DNA from: Pecten maximus
Lineage: Eukaryota
Assembly (NCBI RefSeq): GCF_902652985.1
Contig: NC_047015.1
Location: 50,654,001-50,718,000 of the forward strand
DNA: 64,000 bases
Reading direction: 5' to 3'
Shown: in pieces, positions 25,825 through 36,770 of the stretch
How the letters are laid out: every line of letters starts with the position of its first letter
Numbering within the stretch: position 1 is the stretch's first letter
Position numbers and translations under genes: made by a program
Notes under the pieces: generated by a model
Seen by the model: only the letters and a program-made list of their open reading frames with translations
What the model was told of the DNA's origin: nothing
Databases searched by the model: none

Positions 25825-26508
25825 ATTGTAAATCATGTAAGAGTACTCTCCCTTTACGATTTTAAACACTTTGTACCTGTTTATTCTCAGATAAAAAAAC
25901 AAATCATATTTGCCATTAGTTTAGTGGCATTAATACTTCTGTGTGGGCATACTTTCAAGTAAATCATATTTTATACATATCCACTTAATGAATATACTAA
26001 CAGGTTACAAAAGTGACTTTTAAGTTTTAGCCTCATACTCAAGCCACTGAGGGCCAATGCCAGGGGGGAACCAATCCGAACCAGTTGTACTTTGCCACAG
26101 ATTTTCATTTATTTATATTATATTTTTAATATGAATTTTGTTTATGTAATAGATATAACTGAGTGGATAAATGAAGGAGGTATAGAATGAATGAGTGATG
26201 AATGCAGTATAGGATGAGTATGATATATATAATGAATGAATGACTGAATGAATTACGTGAATTACAGAATGAATAAATAATTTCAAAATAAATGAATGAA
26301 TGGATGAAAAATGAATGGATGAATAATGAATGAATGGATGAATGAATGATTGGTACATTGTACTATATTGTATGTTGAATGAGAGCCCTCTTCCATGAGG
26401 ACCTATTTGTTCGGACACTGATCCCAGGGTCCCAACCTTGGCAGTGGTCTTCATGCATAAATGTCCGGGAAATAAAAGTATTTTGTACCCTAAAAAAAAA
26501 AAAAAAAA
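23190..26508 (+). mobile_element. 5'-truncated L1/Tx1-clade LINE
   Basis: 15-bp TSD AAATGTGTTCTTTCC at 23175-23189 and 26509-26523. AATAAA at 26471, poly(A) from 26492. GAAT-rich 3' UTR. Confidence 0.93.
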
Positions 26509-27883
26509 AAATGTGTTCTTTCCGAAGGACTATAAAAAGTACAAACTTGAATATCACTATCAAATATAAATTTTGTACTAGATACAGGGTATTTCGAATC
26601 GTGAATATCAAACTTCAACATAATGCTGGTTCGTCCTTCTAGGGTGGGGCTACAATAGCTCAGTCGGTTTGATTTTTTGAGGAGCGTGTTCTACACTGCC
26701 TACCCATGGTTTATCGGGAAGTTGAGAAAAACAAACGGTCTGTACTGTCCTTGTTATGTCCTTGGACAAGGCATTTGTTTGTTTGTTTGTTTTTGTTTAA
26801 CGTCCTACTAACTTACTATATCATGTAAACTTATATATTAAATCCTCAAAACGTTTTTCTGTGTATAAATAAGAAACTATATGTAATACTGTCTTTAGTA
26901 GTAATACAATTATATACATTTACTCAACTATTATAGCAAGTTTGTTATGTTAAATACTCATCCTTATAACATTCTAGTATGAAAGTATGAATGAATGTGT
27001 GTGAGTGAGTTATTGTTGTTTATTACATTACATATAACTTTTCATTTTAGGCTTGGTGGAAATATGTTGTGTCTTCACTTTATCAAATAATAGTTTTGTT
27101 TTCTTACTAAGTAATTTTGAATAGTAGTTATCTCTATAATTATAACACCTATTCTATTTAATTTCATGATGAACATATAATTCCTTACAGTAATCCCTTT
27201 TTGAATTAGATACTATACATGTAATGATATATAATTTCTGTAGAAATAATAAAGTGAAACATATCATCTTTCTACCAAGCCTAACCGGAAGTAATAGAAG
27301 AAGACTGATATAGGCATTGCGCCTGTTGTCTTATTCTTTTGACAATACTTTGTATTTATTTATATTTGTATTGTTAATAAAATATTTCTGAAAAAAAAAA
27401 AAAAAATGGATGAATGAATGATTGGTACATTGTACTATATTGTATGTTGAATGAGAGCCCTCTTCCATGAGGACCTATTTGTTCGGACACTGATCCCAGG
27501 GTCCCAACCTTGGCAGTGGTCTTCATGCATAAATGTCTGGGAAATAAAAGTATTTTGTACCCTAAAAAAAAAAAAAAAAAAAATGTGTTCTTTCCGAAGG
27601 ACTATAAAAAGTACAAACTTGAATATCACTATCAAATATAAATTTTGTACTAGATACAGGGTATTTCGAATCGTGAATATCAAACTTCAACATAATGCTG
27701 GTTCGTCCTTCTAGGGTGGGGCTACAATAGCTCAGTCGGTTTGATTTTTTGAGGAGCGTGTTCTACACTGCCTACCCATGGTTTATCGGGAAGTTGAGAA
27801 AAACAAACGGTCTGTACTGTCCTTGTTATGTCCTTGGACAAGGCATTTGTTTGTTTGTTTGTTTTTGTTTAACGTCCTACTAA
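26333..27883. repeat. Direct duplication of ~480 bp (26333-26811 = 27405-27883) flanking a ~590-bp AT-rich insert that ends in AATAAA + poly(A)
   Basis: Copies are offset by 1072 bp and nearly identical (one C/T difference, CCGGGA vs CTGGGA, plus poly(A) length). The insert 26812-27404 ends AATAAAATATTTCTG(A)n. Confidence 0.92.
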
Positions 27884-28070
27884 CAGCCAGGGTCATTTAA
27901 GGACGTGCCAGGTTTGGAGGTGGAGGAAAGCCGGAGTACCCGGAGAAAAACCACCGACCTACGGTCAGTACCTGGCAACTGCCCCACGTAGGTTTCGAAC
28001 TCGCAACCCAGAGGTGGAGGGCTAGTGTTAAAGTGTCGGGACACCATAACCACTCGGCCACCGCGGCCCC
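27846..28070 (-). mobile_element. Full-length V-domain SINE nested in an older CORE-type SINE
   Basis: 11-bp TSD TGGACAAGGCA at 27835-27845 and 28071-28081. The - strand starts GGGGCCGCGGTGGCCGAGTGG. The rejoined flanks read TGTCCTTGGACAAGGCACTTTACCC (CORE-like). Confidence 0.9.
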
Positions 28071-29253
28071 TGGACAAGGCACTTTACCCTTATTGATCTG
28101 GATGGTTCAATAGTAGTAATGAAGACTGCATATATTGATACGAAAGTAAAGTATTGGAAGTGAGGAACGGATTATTAAAACAAGTTTAAGAGGAAAAGTA
28201 ACTCGTGAGGCACAATTTCAAATAAAAAAAGGTGCATTGCTTATTATTTGCACAGGGTGTTTTGTTTTCAAAATATGCTAAGAATGCATTTTCTTTATTC
28301 TATGCCCATTTATGTAAAAAAAATCCAACAAACAAAAATCCAAAACATCATTCTTACACTTTTACACGAGGTTGAATAAAAGTTATTTGCATTTATTCTG
28401 TGTTAAATATTAACAGTATTTGAGTCGTGTTGGATCAAATTAACCACTTCTGTATGGCTGTTGATGATTTTCTGGCCATTCTTTGTATTGTACCAAAATC
28501 AATATACATAACATGTATTGCAATCTGAAAAGTGTCAAGACACTCACCAAATTCGATATTTATACTGAATTCTGATATCGGGAATGTTCGATTAATGTAA
28601 TTATCAAAACAGTCTAGCACCGCTCTGGAAAATGAACTTCGTTACCTATTTCATTGTTGGCTATGGACGACTAGCTATGAGGCATTTGTGCATGCGCATA
28701 CGACAATTATAAACATGTTTACGAAATACAATATAGTAAAAGTTCATGAATAGTGGCGTAAAATTTGAGGTCACAGTAAGAAAAAAAAAATATATATAAG
28801 AAAACGAGAAATTCTATAGAACTTTTCTTAGACAATTAGGTTCATTCATCTTCCTTGTTATTATTTGCATACATAGTGACAAGTGACGGTTTATTATGAG
28901 CTCAGTCTTAGACAAATGCCTCTAACATTAAAATACAGTCTGTATCATAACATATACCCTATCATATATCACATGTCACCTCGAAGCAAGTATGAAATCA
29001 ACGATTCGTACAATGAAACTCAACTCAACTTTACAATACTGGCGCACATTGTGTCATACTGTAAATGTATAGCTAAACGGCAATACGGATTGTTGTTCGA
29101 GAAGAAAGGTAAGGGAAATATCTATATTGGTTCATTCCCGATACATATCCTAAATGCAGTCATTCGTTTTTCGATACTGAGACATACATAAACTTACTTT
29201 TTTTATATATATTAAGTCACACATTGTGATCAAATGCCTATGCCTATGCAAAT

Positions 29254-29391
29254 CACAGGCGCTTGCATAGAAAATGTTATTTTCGTTTTTTTTGACAGTG
29301 GTATGTGTAATCTGTTAAGCTTAACAGATTACACATACCACTGTCATATCAAAAAATAATTTAAGTCATATTTTCTATGCAAGCGCCTGTG
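29254..29391. mobile_element. 138-bp MITE with 22-bp TIRs and an 8-bp TSD (P- or hAT-type)
   Basis: TIR CACAGGCGCTTGCATAGAAAAT / ATTTTCTATGCAAGCGCCTGTG. TSD ATGCAAAT at 29246-29253 and 29392-29399. Internal perfect 54-bp palindrome at 29293-29346. Confidence 0.9.
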
Positions 29392-29818
29392 ATGCAAATG
29401 ACTATTGAAAGTATGTACTTACAATAACATTATGTAGGTAGGTTGGTTAGTATATAGACAGGTTATTTGGCTGCACACCATCATAAAACCTGCTCTTGGA
29501 GCCATTTGGTCAGTGAGTCGGATTTGACTTTAAAAGTAATGCAGTAATTTTATGCAATATTGAAGCACTATATAGTTCCTTAATATAGATATTGGTCATA
29601 TGATACTTTATCGAAGTAGCCTATAGATTGCAAGTAGGTTTATTTAAAAAAGAAGTGAATACGTTAGGCATATCCCATTCACCCTGCGATAGCGACAACA
29701 AAGCAAGGCAATTAACAGGAAGCTAGATAACATTCATTTAAAGGGGTGTTGTTGTTATATTTATGATGCTAAGTACAACATACCGGACAGTGTATTTACA
29801 ATTGTCGTGATAAATTAT

Positions 29819-30135
29819 GGGCACGGTGGACTAGGGGTAGGACTAAGGGCTTCGTGACCTAAGGATAACTAGTTAGGCATCCGCCAAGGGAATTGCGTTC
29901 CATCCTTGAACAAGATGTTTTAATCCGTTTTGTTCAAGTCGACTGTTAATGAGCACGTGGAAGGTCAGTGTAAGAAATGTTGTGTGCAAGCTGTTAGCGC
30001 CGAAATGGCAGCTCCGGCTGTATGCTCCCAAGGGTTTTGAGATAGACATTGGCTGGTAACTAAAGGCTCAATAACCTCGGATGGTAATTTGTGAACAGCT
30101 TTAAGGCGGCTATTTTACTGTTATATAGCGGTATA
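29819..30135 (+). mobile_element. Degenerate tRNA/CORE-type SINE
   Basis: GGGCACGGTGG..TAGGGGTAG head and CATCCTTGAACAAGATGTTTTAATCC CORE-like segment. Strongly diverged. Confidence 0.5.
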
Positions 30136-30677
30136 CAAAACTCCAAAATTAGTGTTATTCAAATATTCGTCTTAGAGGTAGGACGTATGAAAGACCTAGC
30201 TATTGCTGTACCCGGTGACATATTGAAGATGTAAACTATCAGTCCCCTATCTTGATCAGTTCATTTTTGTTTAAGTTGGTGCAGTTAAAGAGATAAAAAG
30301 ATATATAAAGAGATAAGAAGAGATATAAAGAGAAATTGTGCACAAGTTTGAAAATATCTTACTGTTTTCTACATTTTAAGACCTCATTTACTTTCTGTTA
30401 AATTTATTTTCATCATAAAAAAATTCTTTCCGGTGGTCAGTTTGGACAAGCGGAATTGATGGGGTTGTAAATTATGTTATAAATGGTCCTGAAACACAGT
30501 GAATGCATGAACGAACATGACATTCTATGTTCTTTAACTTTATTTTTTACATCATACAATGGTGAAACTGGAATTTATATTCACGTTCATATCGGTATCA
30601 ACGAGAAATGAAAATTTTAAAATATTTCTTTAGTTTAGTTTATTCATTCATCTTAAGTGTTTTCCTTCTTTTCAGAG

Positions 30678-33600
30678 ATGTGTTCCCTTAATATCGCCCT
30701 GATTGTCCTGTTGACGATTGTTGTACGCACTATTGGTTATGAGTGCGACAGATCCGCCACGGTATGCGAGACGACTCTCGTTATCACACACAGCCAGACG
30801 ATGTTGCACGACACTGCGTCACAGGTTTACCCAGCCAATGGAAAGCTGTATAGGTATGACGATGTGAATCAAACCACCGCTATTCCTGCTGATGAAGTTA
30901 TGACCGCTGATGGATGGGAAGACAATAGACTAGTTGTTGTTGCGAATGAAAGCCTTCCAGGCCCGCCGATTATAGTTTATGTGGGACAAAGGGTCAAAGT
31001 TCGTGTCATCAACATGCTACCATCAGATACTGTGACAATACACTGGCATGGTTTACCTTTGTATGGAAGGCCGTGGATGGATGGTACTCCTTTCTTGACT
31101 CAATGCCCGATTCTCCCTGGCCAGTCGTTTACTTACGACTTCTATGCAGAACCCAAAGGGACACATTGGTATCACTCGCACGCTGGAAATCAAAGAACGA
31201 AAGGTTTGAGCGGAGCTTTCATTATCAAAGAGCGGACGTCAACTGCCAGAGAGCATATCATGACGATACAAGATTGGAATCATAACTGGGACGGGGATAT
31301 GGATTTGCAAAAGTTGATGAAAGCTCAAGCAAATCGTTGATCGTCAGCGCATACCTTTCAGATTTTCTCTAGATGGAGCAATGTTTCTTCCTTTCTATGT
31401 TTCTTCCGTCCTGATCAATGGCAGGGCGCGTTTCTACAACGAAACAGGACAGCATAACGGGGCACCTTTGTCCGATTTCCCCGTTGAAGCAGGAGTAACC
31501 TACAGGTTCAGAGTAATCCATGTTGGTGTTATGTATCCTATTAGAATCTCAATTGACCAACACATGCTCACTTTAGTTGCTTCAGACGGACACGACATCC
31601 AACCGGTAGTTGCAGAATCCTTTATCATTACCGCAGGCGAACGATACGACTTTGAAATAAGTACTGATCAACCTATAGGAAACTACTGGATACGAGCCGA
31701 AACCTTGGAAGAAATTATGCATAAATCTGAAGCTGTTCTCCGCTACAATGGCGCCGATGCATCTCAATACCCGTTAACTACTAGAAAGACATGCACTCCA
31801 AACGACAGATGTTTGGTTGTAAACTGTCCGTTTGCAACATATCCAGCAGACACGTACACAGACTGTGTACAATTTAATGAACTCAAATCAGCTGTAAACG
31901 ACCCGGCACCAGAACCACCATCACCGGATACATTCAAAGAACATTTTACGAATTTCGGTATCGTTATTGGACGACCGTCAGTGAATGGTATTGTGTTCAA
32001 AATGCCTACAGTGCCAGCACTCACGCAACCTTTTGAAGTTGGTCCTACATGTGACAAAAATGACTGCGGTGAAGAGACGATATGTGCCTGCACTCATTCA
32101 ATCAACACTAACCACAATGACGTTATACAACTAGTGATGACGAACATGGGAATCGGAGGATTGAATTCCCATCCAATTCATCTACACGGCTACTCATTCT
32201 ACGTATTGAAAATGGGTTTTGCCACTTACAACATGACCACCGGAAAATATATTTCGCAAAATCCGGATATCGACTGTCGAGGAAATGGGGACCAGAGTTT
32301 CTGTAACCACGCTACATGGAGTAATTCTACCTGGCTTGGGAACAATGTTCCGGGGTTGAACTTGGTCAATCCCCCACGGAAGGATACATTGAACATACCT
32401 CATGGTTCATATGCTATTGTTAGGTTCAAGGCCAATAACCCAGGTGTATGGATGTTGCATTGCCACATACAGCTACACATGTCACTTGGAATGAGTATGA
32501 TCATCAACAGCTCGTACGGTATGCATCCAGACCCGCCAAAAGCGTTCCCCGTCTGCCATAGCTTTCCCTCCACGTACCGCGAAGACCTTCTAGACCAACA
32601 GCCGCAAAGTACAACCACTGAGCCACGTCCAATCGCTTCATCTCCTGAAGTCAAAATTGTGACACAGATTGTCAAAGAAGGTAAGTTACTGGGAGTTTGT
32701 ACCAAAGAGTCCATTTTATTCATTTCATCAAATATTTTGAAATATTAACATTCACCTTAGTTAATTGATTAATTTAGTTTTAATAGTCTCAATAAGAAAT
32801 GAATATTTTACACATCGGCTTCAAAGGGTCATCAAGGCAAAACATAATTGAATTACGTGGTTTCTGCACTTCAATCCAACAGAGTACCCGTACTTTCTCG
32901 GATTGCCTTGACAGTTCTTTTCTTTTCTTTGGATCTCCTATCTACCGTACTCCTTCCTTACTCTAACTCTGGGGCTACCAGTGTTCAATTTAGCTTTTAC
33001 CTTAACAGAGAAGACGCGTGTACATGCGTTTTCATAAATTACGACACACATTGATATGCCGAACTCATTGGTGAAGGAAAAGGATTGCGTTTTTAGAACT
33101 ATCAATTAACATATCTAATTATATGTTTCATCGAAAACCGATCATCATATGCATTAGTTTCAATATGTCATGGTGGCTCCTTGAGATCTTAATACTGTGT
33201 GTTGTGATGCATATTTATTTTCAAGCCCAATTCAACAAAATATATCTAATTTTAGATGGTCAGTTGGAATATTCTGAATAAACATTTTATGAACGAGTCT
33301 GGACTTTGTATTTAGTATGTTTTGTATGGTTCGAATTTTCTTCAGAAATGTAGCTACGAATGAAAACATGGTCAAATAGATAAGATTTGTAATCATTGTA
33401 TAAAACAGAGCATTAAGAATTAAAATAAAAATAATAATTTAACAAAATTTACACCAAGGGAAAGTCCACAGTAGGAAAGAGAATAATAATACATCAAGAT
33501 AATGTATTACAATTTAAATTTTCAATTTACAGAAACTATTTACGTCTCAGGCGATAAAACTAGCATTTCTTATGTTTGTTAACGTGTCCCGACACTTTAT

Positions 33601-33977
33601 CACTAGTCCTCCACCTCTGGGTTGCGTGTTCGAAACCTACGTGGAGCAGTTGCCAGGTACTGACCGTTGACCGGTGGTTTTTCTCCGGGTACTCCGGCTT
33701 TCCTCCACCTTCAAACCTGGCACGTCCTTAAATGACATTGGCTGTTAATAGGACGTTAAACAGAATAAACAAAAATAAATCAATCTTATGTTTATTTGTA
33801 GATGATGTTTATGGAACCTCATCTTTCTGGGCCATGTTTGGAGTACTTGTAGCGGTTATCCTCGTGCTGGGTATCTACATTGTGTGTTTACGGAGAAACG
33901 TGGAAATGTATAAGAAAACCTGTAAAGAATATACAGTAACTATGACAACGAAAAATGAAAACCTCTCAAAACTGTAG
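30678..33977 (+). CDS. Multicopper oxidase (laccase-like) with signal peptide and C-terminal TM helix; coding exons 30678-32680 and 33802-33977; one frameshift at ~31326-31333 (possible null allele or pseudogene)
   Basis: Signal peptide [16 protein letters not shown]. All four Cu motifs are present: [28 protein letters not shown]. Acceptor TTCAG at 30671-30675, donor AG|GTAAGT at 32680/81 (phase 1), acceptor TGTAG at 33801 in matching phase. TM segment [22 protein letters not shown] followed by RR. Confidence 0.9.
33579..33780 (+). mobile_element. V-domain SINE (5' truncated) in the laccase intron
   Basis: Same B box, V core and tail as the 14321 and 27846 copies. Confidence 0.85.
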
Positions 33978-34089
33978 CTTTTAGGTCACACAAGGCAACG
34001 TCCCAATGGACTTAATGCGACTGTCTTTAGATTTATCCGTCGTCATGCTTCGGTAATCAACATGTGCTTTTCGAATTCTATCCAGTTAA

Positions 34090-34709
34090 AGGGGCATTCT
34101 TTTGTCTGAATAAAGTTTAGGTCGTCAAATTTAAACTTACTGGAAAATATGTGACATGTGATATATGGTGACACAGGTATATATGTATTCAGAAGTTGAT
34201 GGATCAAAGAAAAGTATGATCGTAAATTGATATTAATTTCTGAAGGTATTTAATTTGGATTTGACAAAATATCAGGTTATAAATAGCTGTCAAGTTTTTT
34301 TAATTGATCATATGTCATACAATAGTATTATTGGTGAATCATTTACATTGATAAGTTTTTATCAATAAAGATTCACCAACTTGACAAATAATTCTAATCC
34401 TTTGAATGCCAAAATTGGGCAAAAATGTTAAGAGTAAAATTAAGTAGTAAAAGTTATAATCTTTACATCAATAAGGCAAGATAAAGTTCTTCGAGTATTA
34501 AGTCCTGAAAATTCTTAATTCGACCCGAAGTATCCCTAATTACCGCAAAGACATACAACGGTATCTGTATACGATATGCCTTTTCTTGTACATTTCGGCG
34601 TTAATTTCATTACATGTAAGCACAGACACTCATATAATCATCGTTCAGACATAGGTTTCATCAAAAGAAATGGTGCGTGTTTCTGATGTTCGAACGAAGG
34701 AATGACCCT
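34090..34709. mobile_element. Non-autonomous DNA transposon with TTAA TSD (Kolobok-like)
   Basis: TTAA at 34086-34089 and 34710-34713. Imperfect TIRs AGGGGCATTC... / ...GAATGACCCT. A second, deleted copy lies at 59836-60140. Confidence 0.75.
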
Positions 34710-35027
34710 TTAAGAATGGCATGGACCGTCCATTGTCGAATGTTGCTGGGATATGGTTCGTAATCAAATTCATGCATGGATGGGACTAAAGGTGCCATAA
34801 TAATAATTGTGGGTTGCATTAGTCCTCAACACGCCCACTCCCATGCTGTACGGATTCAGAAGAACGTTAGGATGGTTTCATCCTGACCTACATGCACTCA
34901 TATATTGAGGAATGGTACCAAGGAGGTCAACAAAGACAAAAAATCAACAATCTTTCTCTTGGAGCCCAGATTTCCTAGAATCAAATAATCTTCATCCTTT
35001 ACCCGCTGTTTTGGATAGGAACCGTTA

Positions 35028-35637
35028 TACGAGGGCTGATTGAGTAGTGAGTCTCATATTGAAGGATTTGAATTTTGTCGGACATATTGTATTATTTTTC
35101 AACAAAATCCCCTTCAATATTTATACACTTTTGCCAGCGGCCTTTAAGGGGCCCCAATGCCACTTTTAAAGAACTCCTTTTCGTGTCTGTTCAGAAAGTC
35201 GTTCACTGCATTTTAGGGTTAGGGTTAAGGTTAGGGTAAGGGTACCTGAAATAGCTGTTTTCAGTTTTGGAAATAGATGAAAGTCTGATGGAGCGAGATC
35301 AGGTGAATAACATCCTTGAATACCTTCTTCAGTACGAGGCTTATAACATGCCAATCAACTCTCGTATGTCTTCCAACGTCATTTTGTTGAAACATCTCAG
35401 TTGCTATAGATCATTTGATTTTAATGCACAAGATATTTTGCTATGTTTTTTTGATAATGTTCATGCCAGATCACGTCCACAAAAACAATTACGAAATGTT
35501 GTAGGGTTAGGTTAAATTCGGATGACCGTTAAGGAGATTACACATCATTTATTGAACAGTAGTATAATTATTTTATTTTAATCATATTCATCAAACAATG
35601 ATATTATATACAAAATGTTATTTCAGATATCCTCGTA
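35028..35637 (-). mobile_element. Internally deleted mariner transposon relic
   Basis: Termini TACGAGG... / ...CCTCGTA. The - strand encodes YSPDLAPSDFHLFPKLK and, after frame disruptions, RWQKCINIEGDFVEK* (mariner transposase C-terminus). Confidence 0.88.
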
Positions 35638-36675
35638 GTTACATGTATTTACTCATTTTCAATTCTACAAAGACTAACACAACTTTAGATATTAAATTTT
35701 ATATTAACATGAGATGAAGTTTTGCTATGCTCTTGTATTTACATAACATAATTACATTGTTCTTTTAGAGATTTCAAGTTAACCTGAACTTAGGGCCTGA
35801 AACATAAGCTTCTGGCACAAATGGACAAATGTGTGTGAGAAATTTGTACCAAGTTCCTGTGATACATTAGCATAGCACTGGTCACGGATCTTGAGTTGAT
35901 AATTTCCTTGTGGCCAATAACGTCTTTTCAACATTAATTTGTAATATTATTGATATTGATTTAGTTAACAAAACATGTTGTTAAAACTGACGTACAACTG
36001 ACGTAGGAAGACATTTTCATAACGTTGTCTTCCTTCATCATTTGCGTTTTTATGTTCGATAATTAATAAGGCCATCCTTAAAAATATCTTGGTTTGCTGT
36101 AACCCGACCAGGGGGTCTTACTTATGGATAGGTAGGTAGGGCTGATTTTTTTTTCATTCAGTTCTGAAAACAGATTGTCAACCTTTAATACGAAAACAGA
36201 CCAGAATATGGAAATCAGTACTTATTTTGTGTTCTTAAACAATAGAAACGCACACCAACCTTATTTGAGTTTGAGAGACGTAGTTTCAAACCTGCACAGC
36301 AAGTTCCGGACATAAATCCGGAACGCTCAAATCGTTAAAAAAAACATATTTTTTTTTATTTTTCACAATAAATTATTTGGAGTCGGCGCATTTTTTCTTG
36401 TTCGGGCGGGTTACGCCAAATCAACTGTATTTTATTTTGGACTTATTTGTACAATGTTATGTGTTGTTGATCCGAAGGTAAAGATTTGAATTTCCTGTCG
36501 TAGTTGTACTGCACTCTGTTGAATATTATATGTAATATCTGTACAGTTCGCATCCATATGAATGTATATGCATTGTGATCCAGAGATTCGTATAATCTGA
36601 TAGACGATTTGTCACTATGATCATGTCAGGATATCGGACCGATCATCACTGAGCCATTGAAACGGTCTTTCAAGG

Positions 36676-36770
36676 ACGTGGATGTGGCGTAGTGGTATAA
36701 GCTGCGGGCATTTCTGGCTAGGCGATAAGGTGCCGTAGATCGTGAGTTCGAGGTGCGGTCAGGGCACGAG
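36676..36770 (+). mobile_element. tRNA-like SINE head (degenerate)
   Basis: A box TGGCGTAGTGG and B box GAGTTCGAG. No convincing cloverleaf. Confidence 0.5.

Noticed and set aside
31338-31340. TGA in the laccase as selenocysteine or readthrough
   Set aside because: The downstream ORF is in a different frame (40 nt between the stop and 31381), so this is a frameshift rather than an in-frame stop.
36676-36770. Possible tRNA genes (also 14321 and 61853)
   Set aside because: A/B boxes are present but there are no complete acceptor and anticodon stems, and most continue into SINE bodies.
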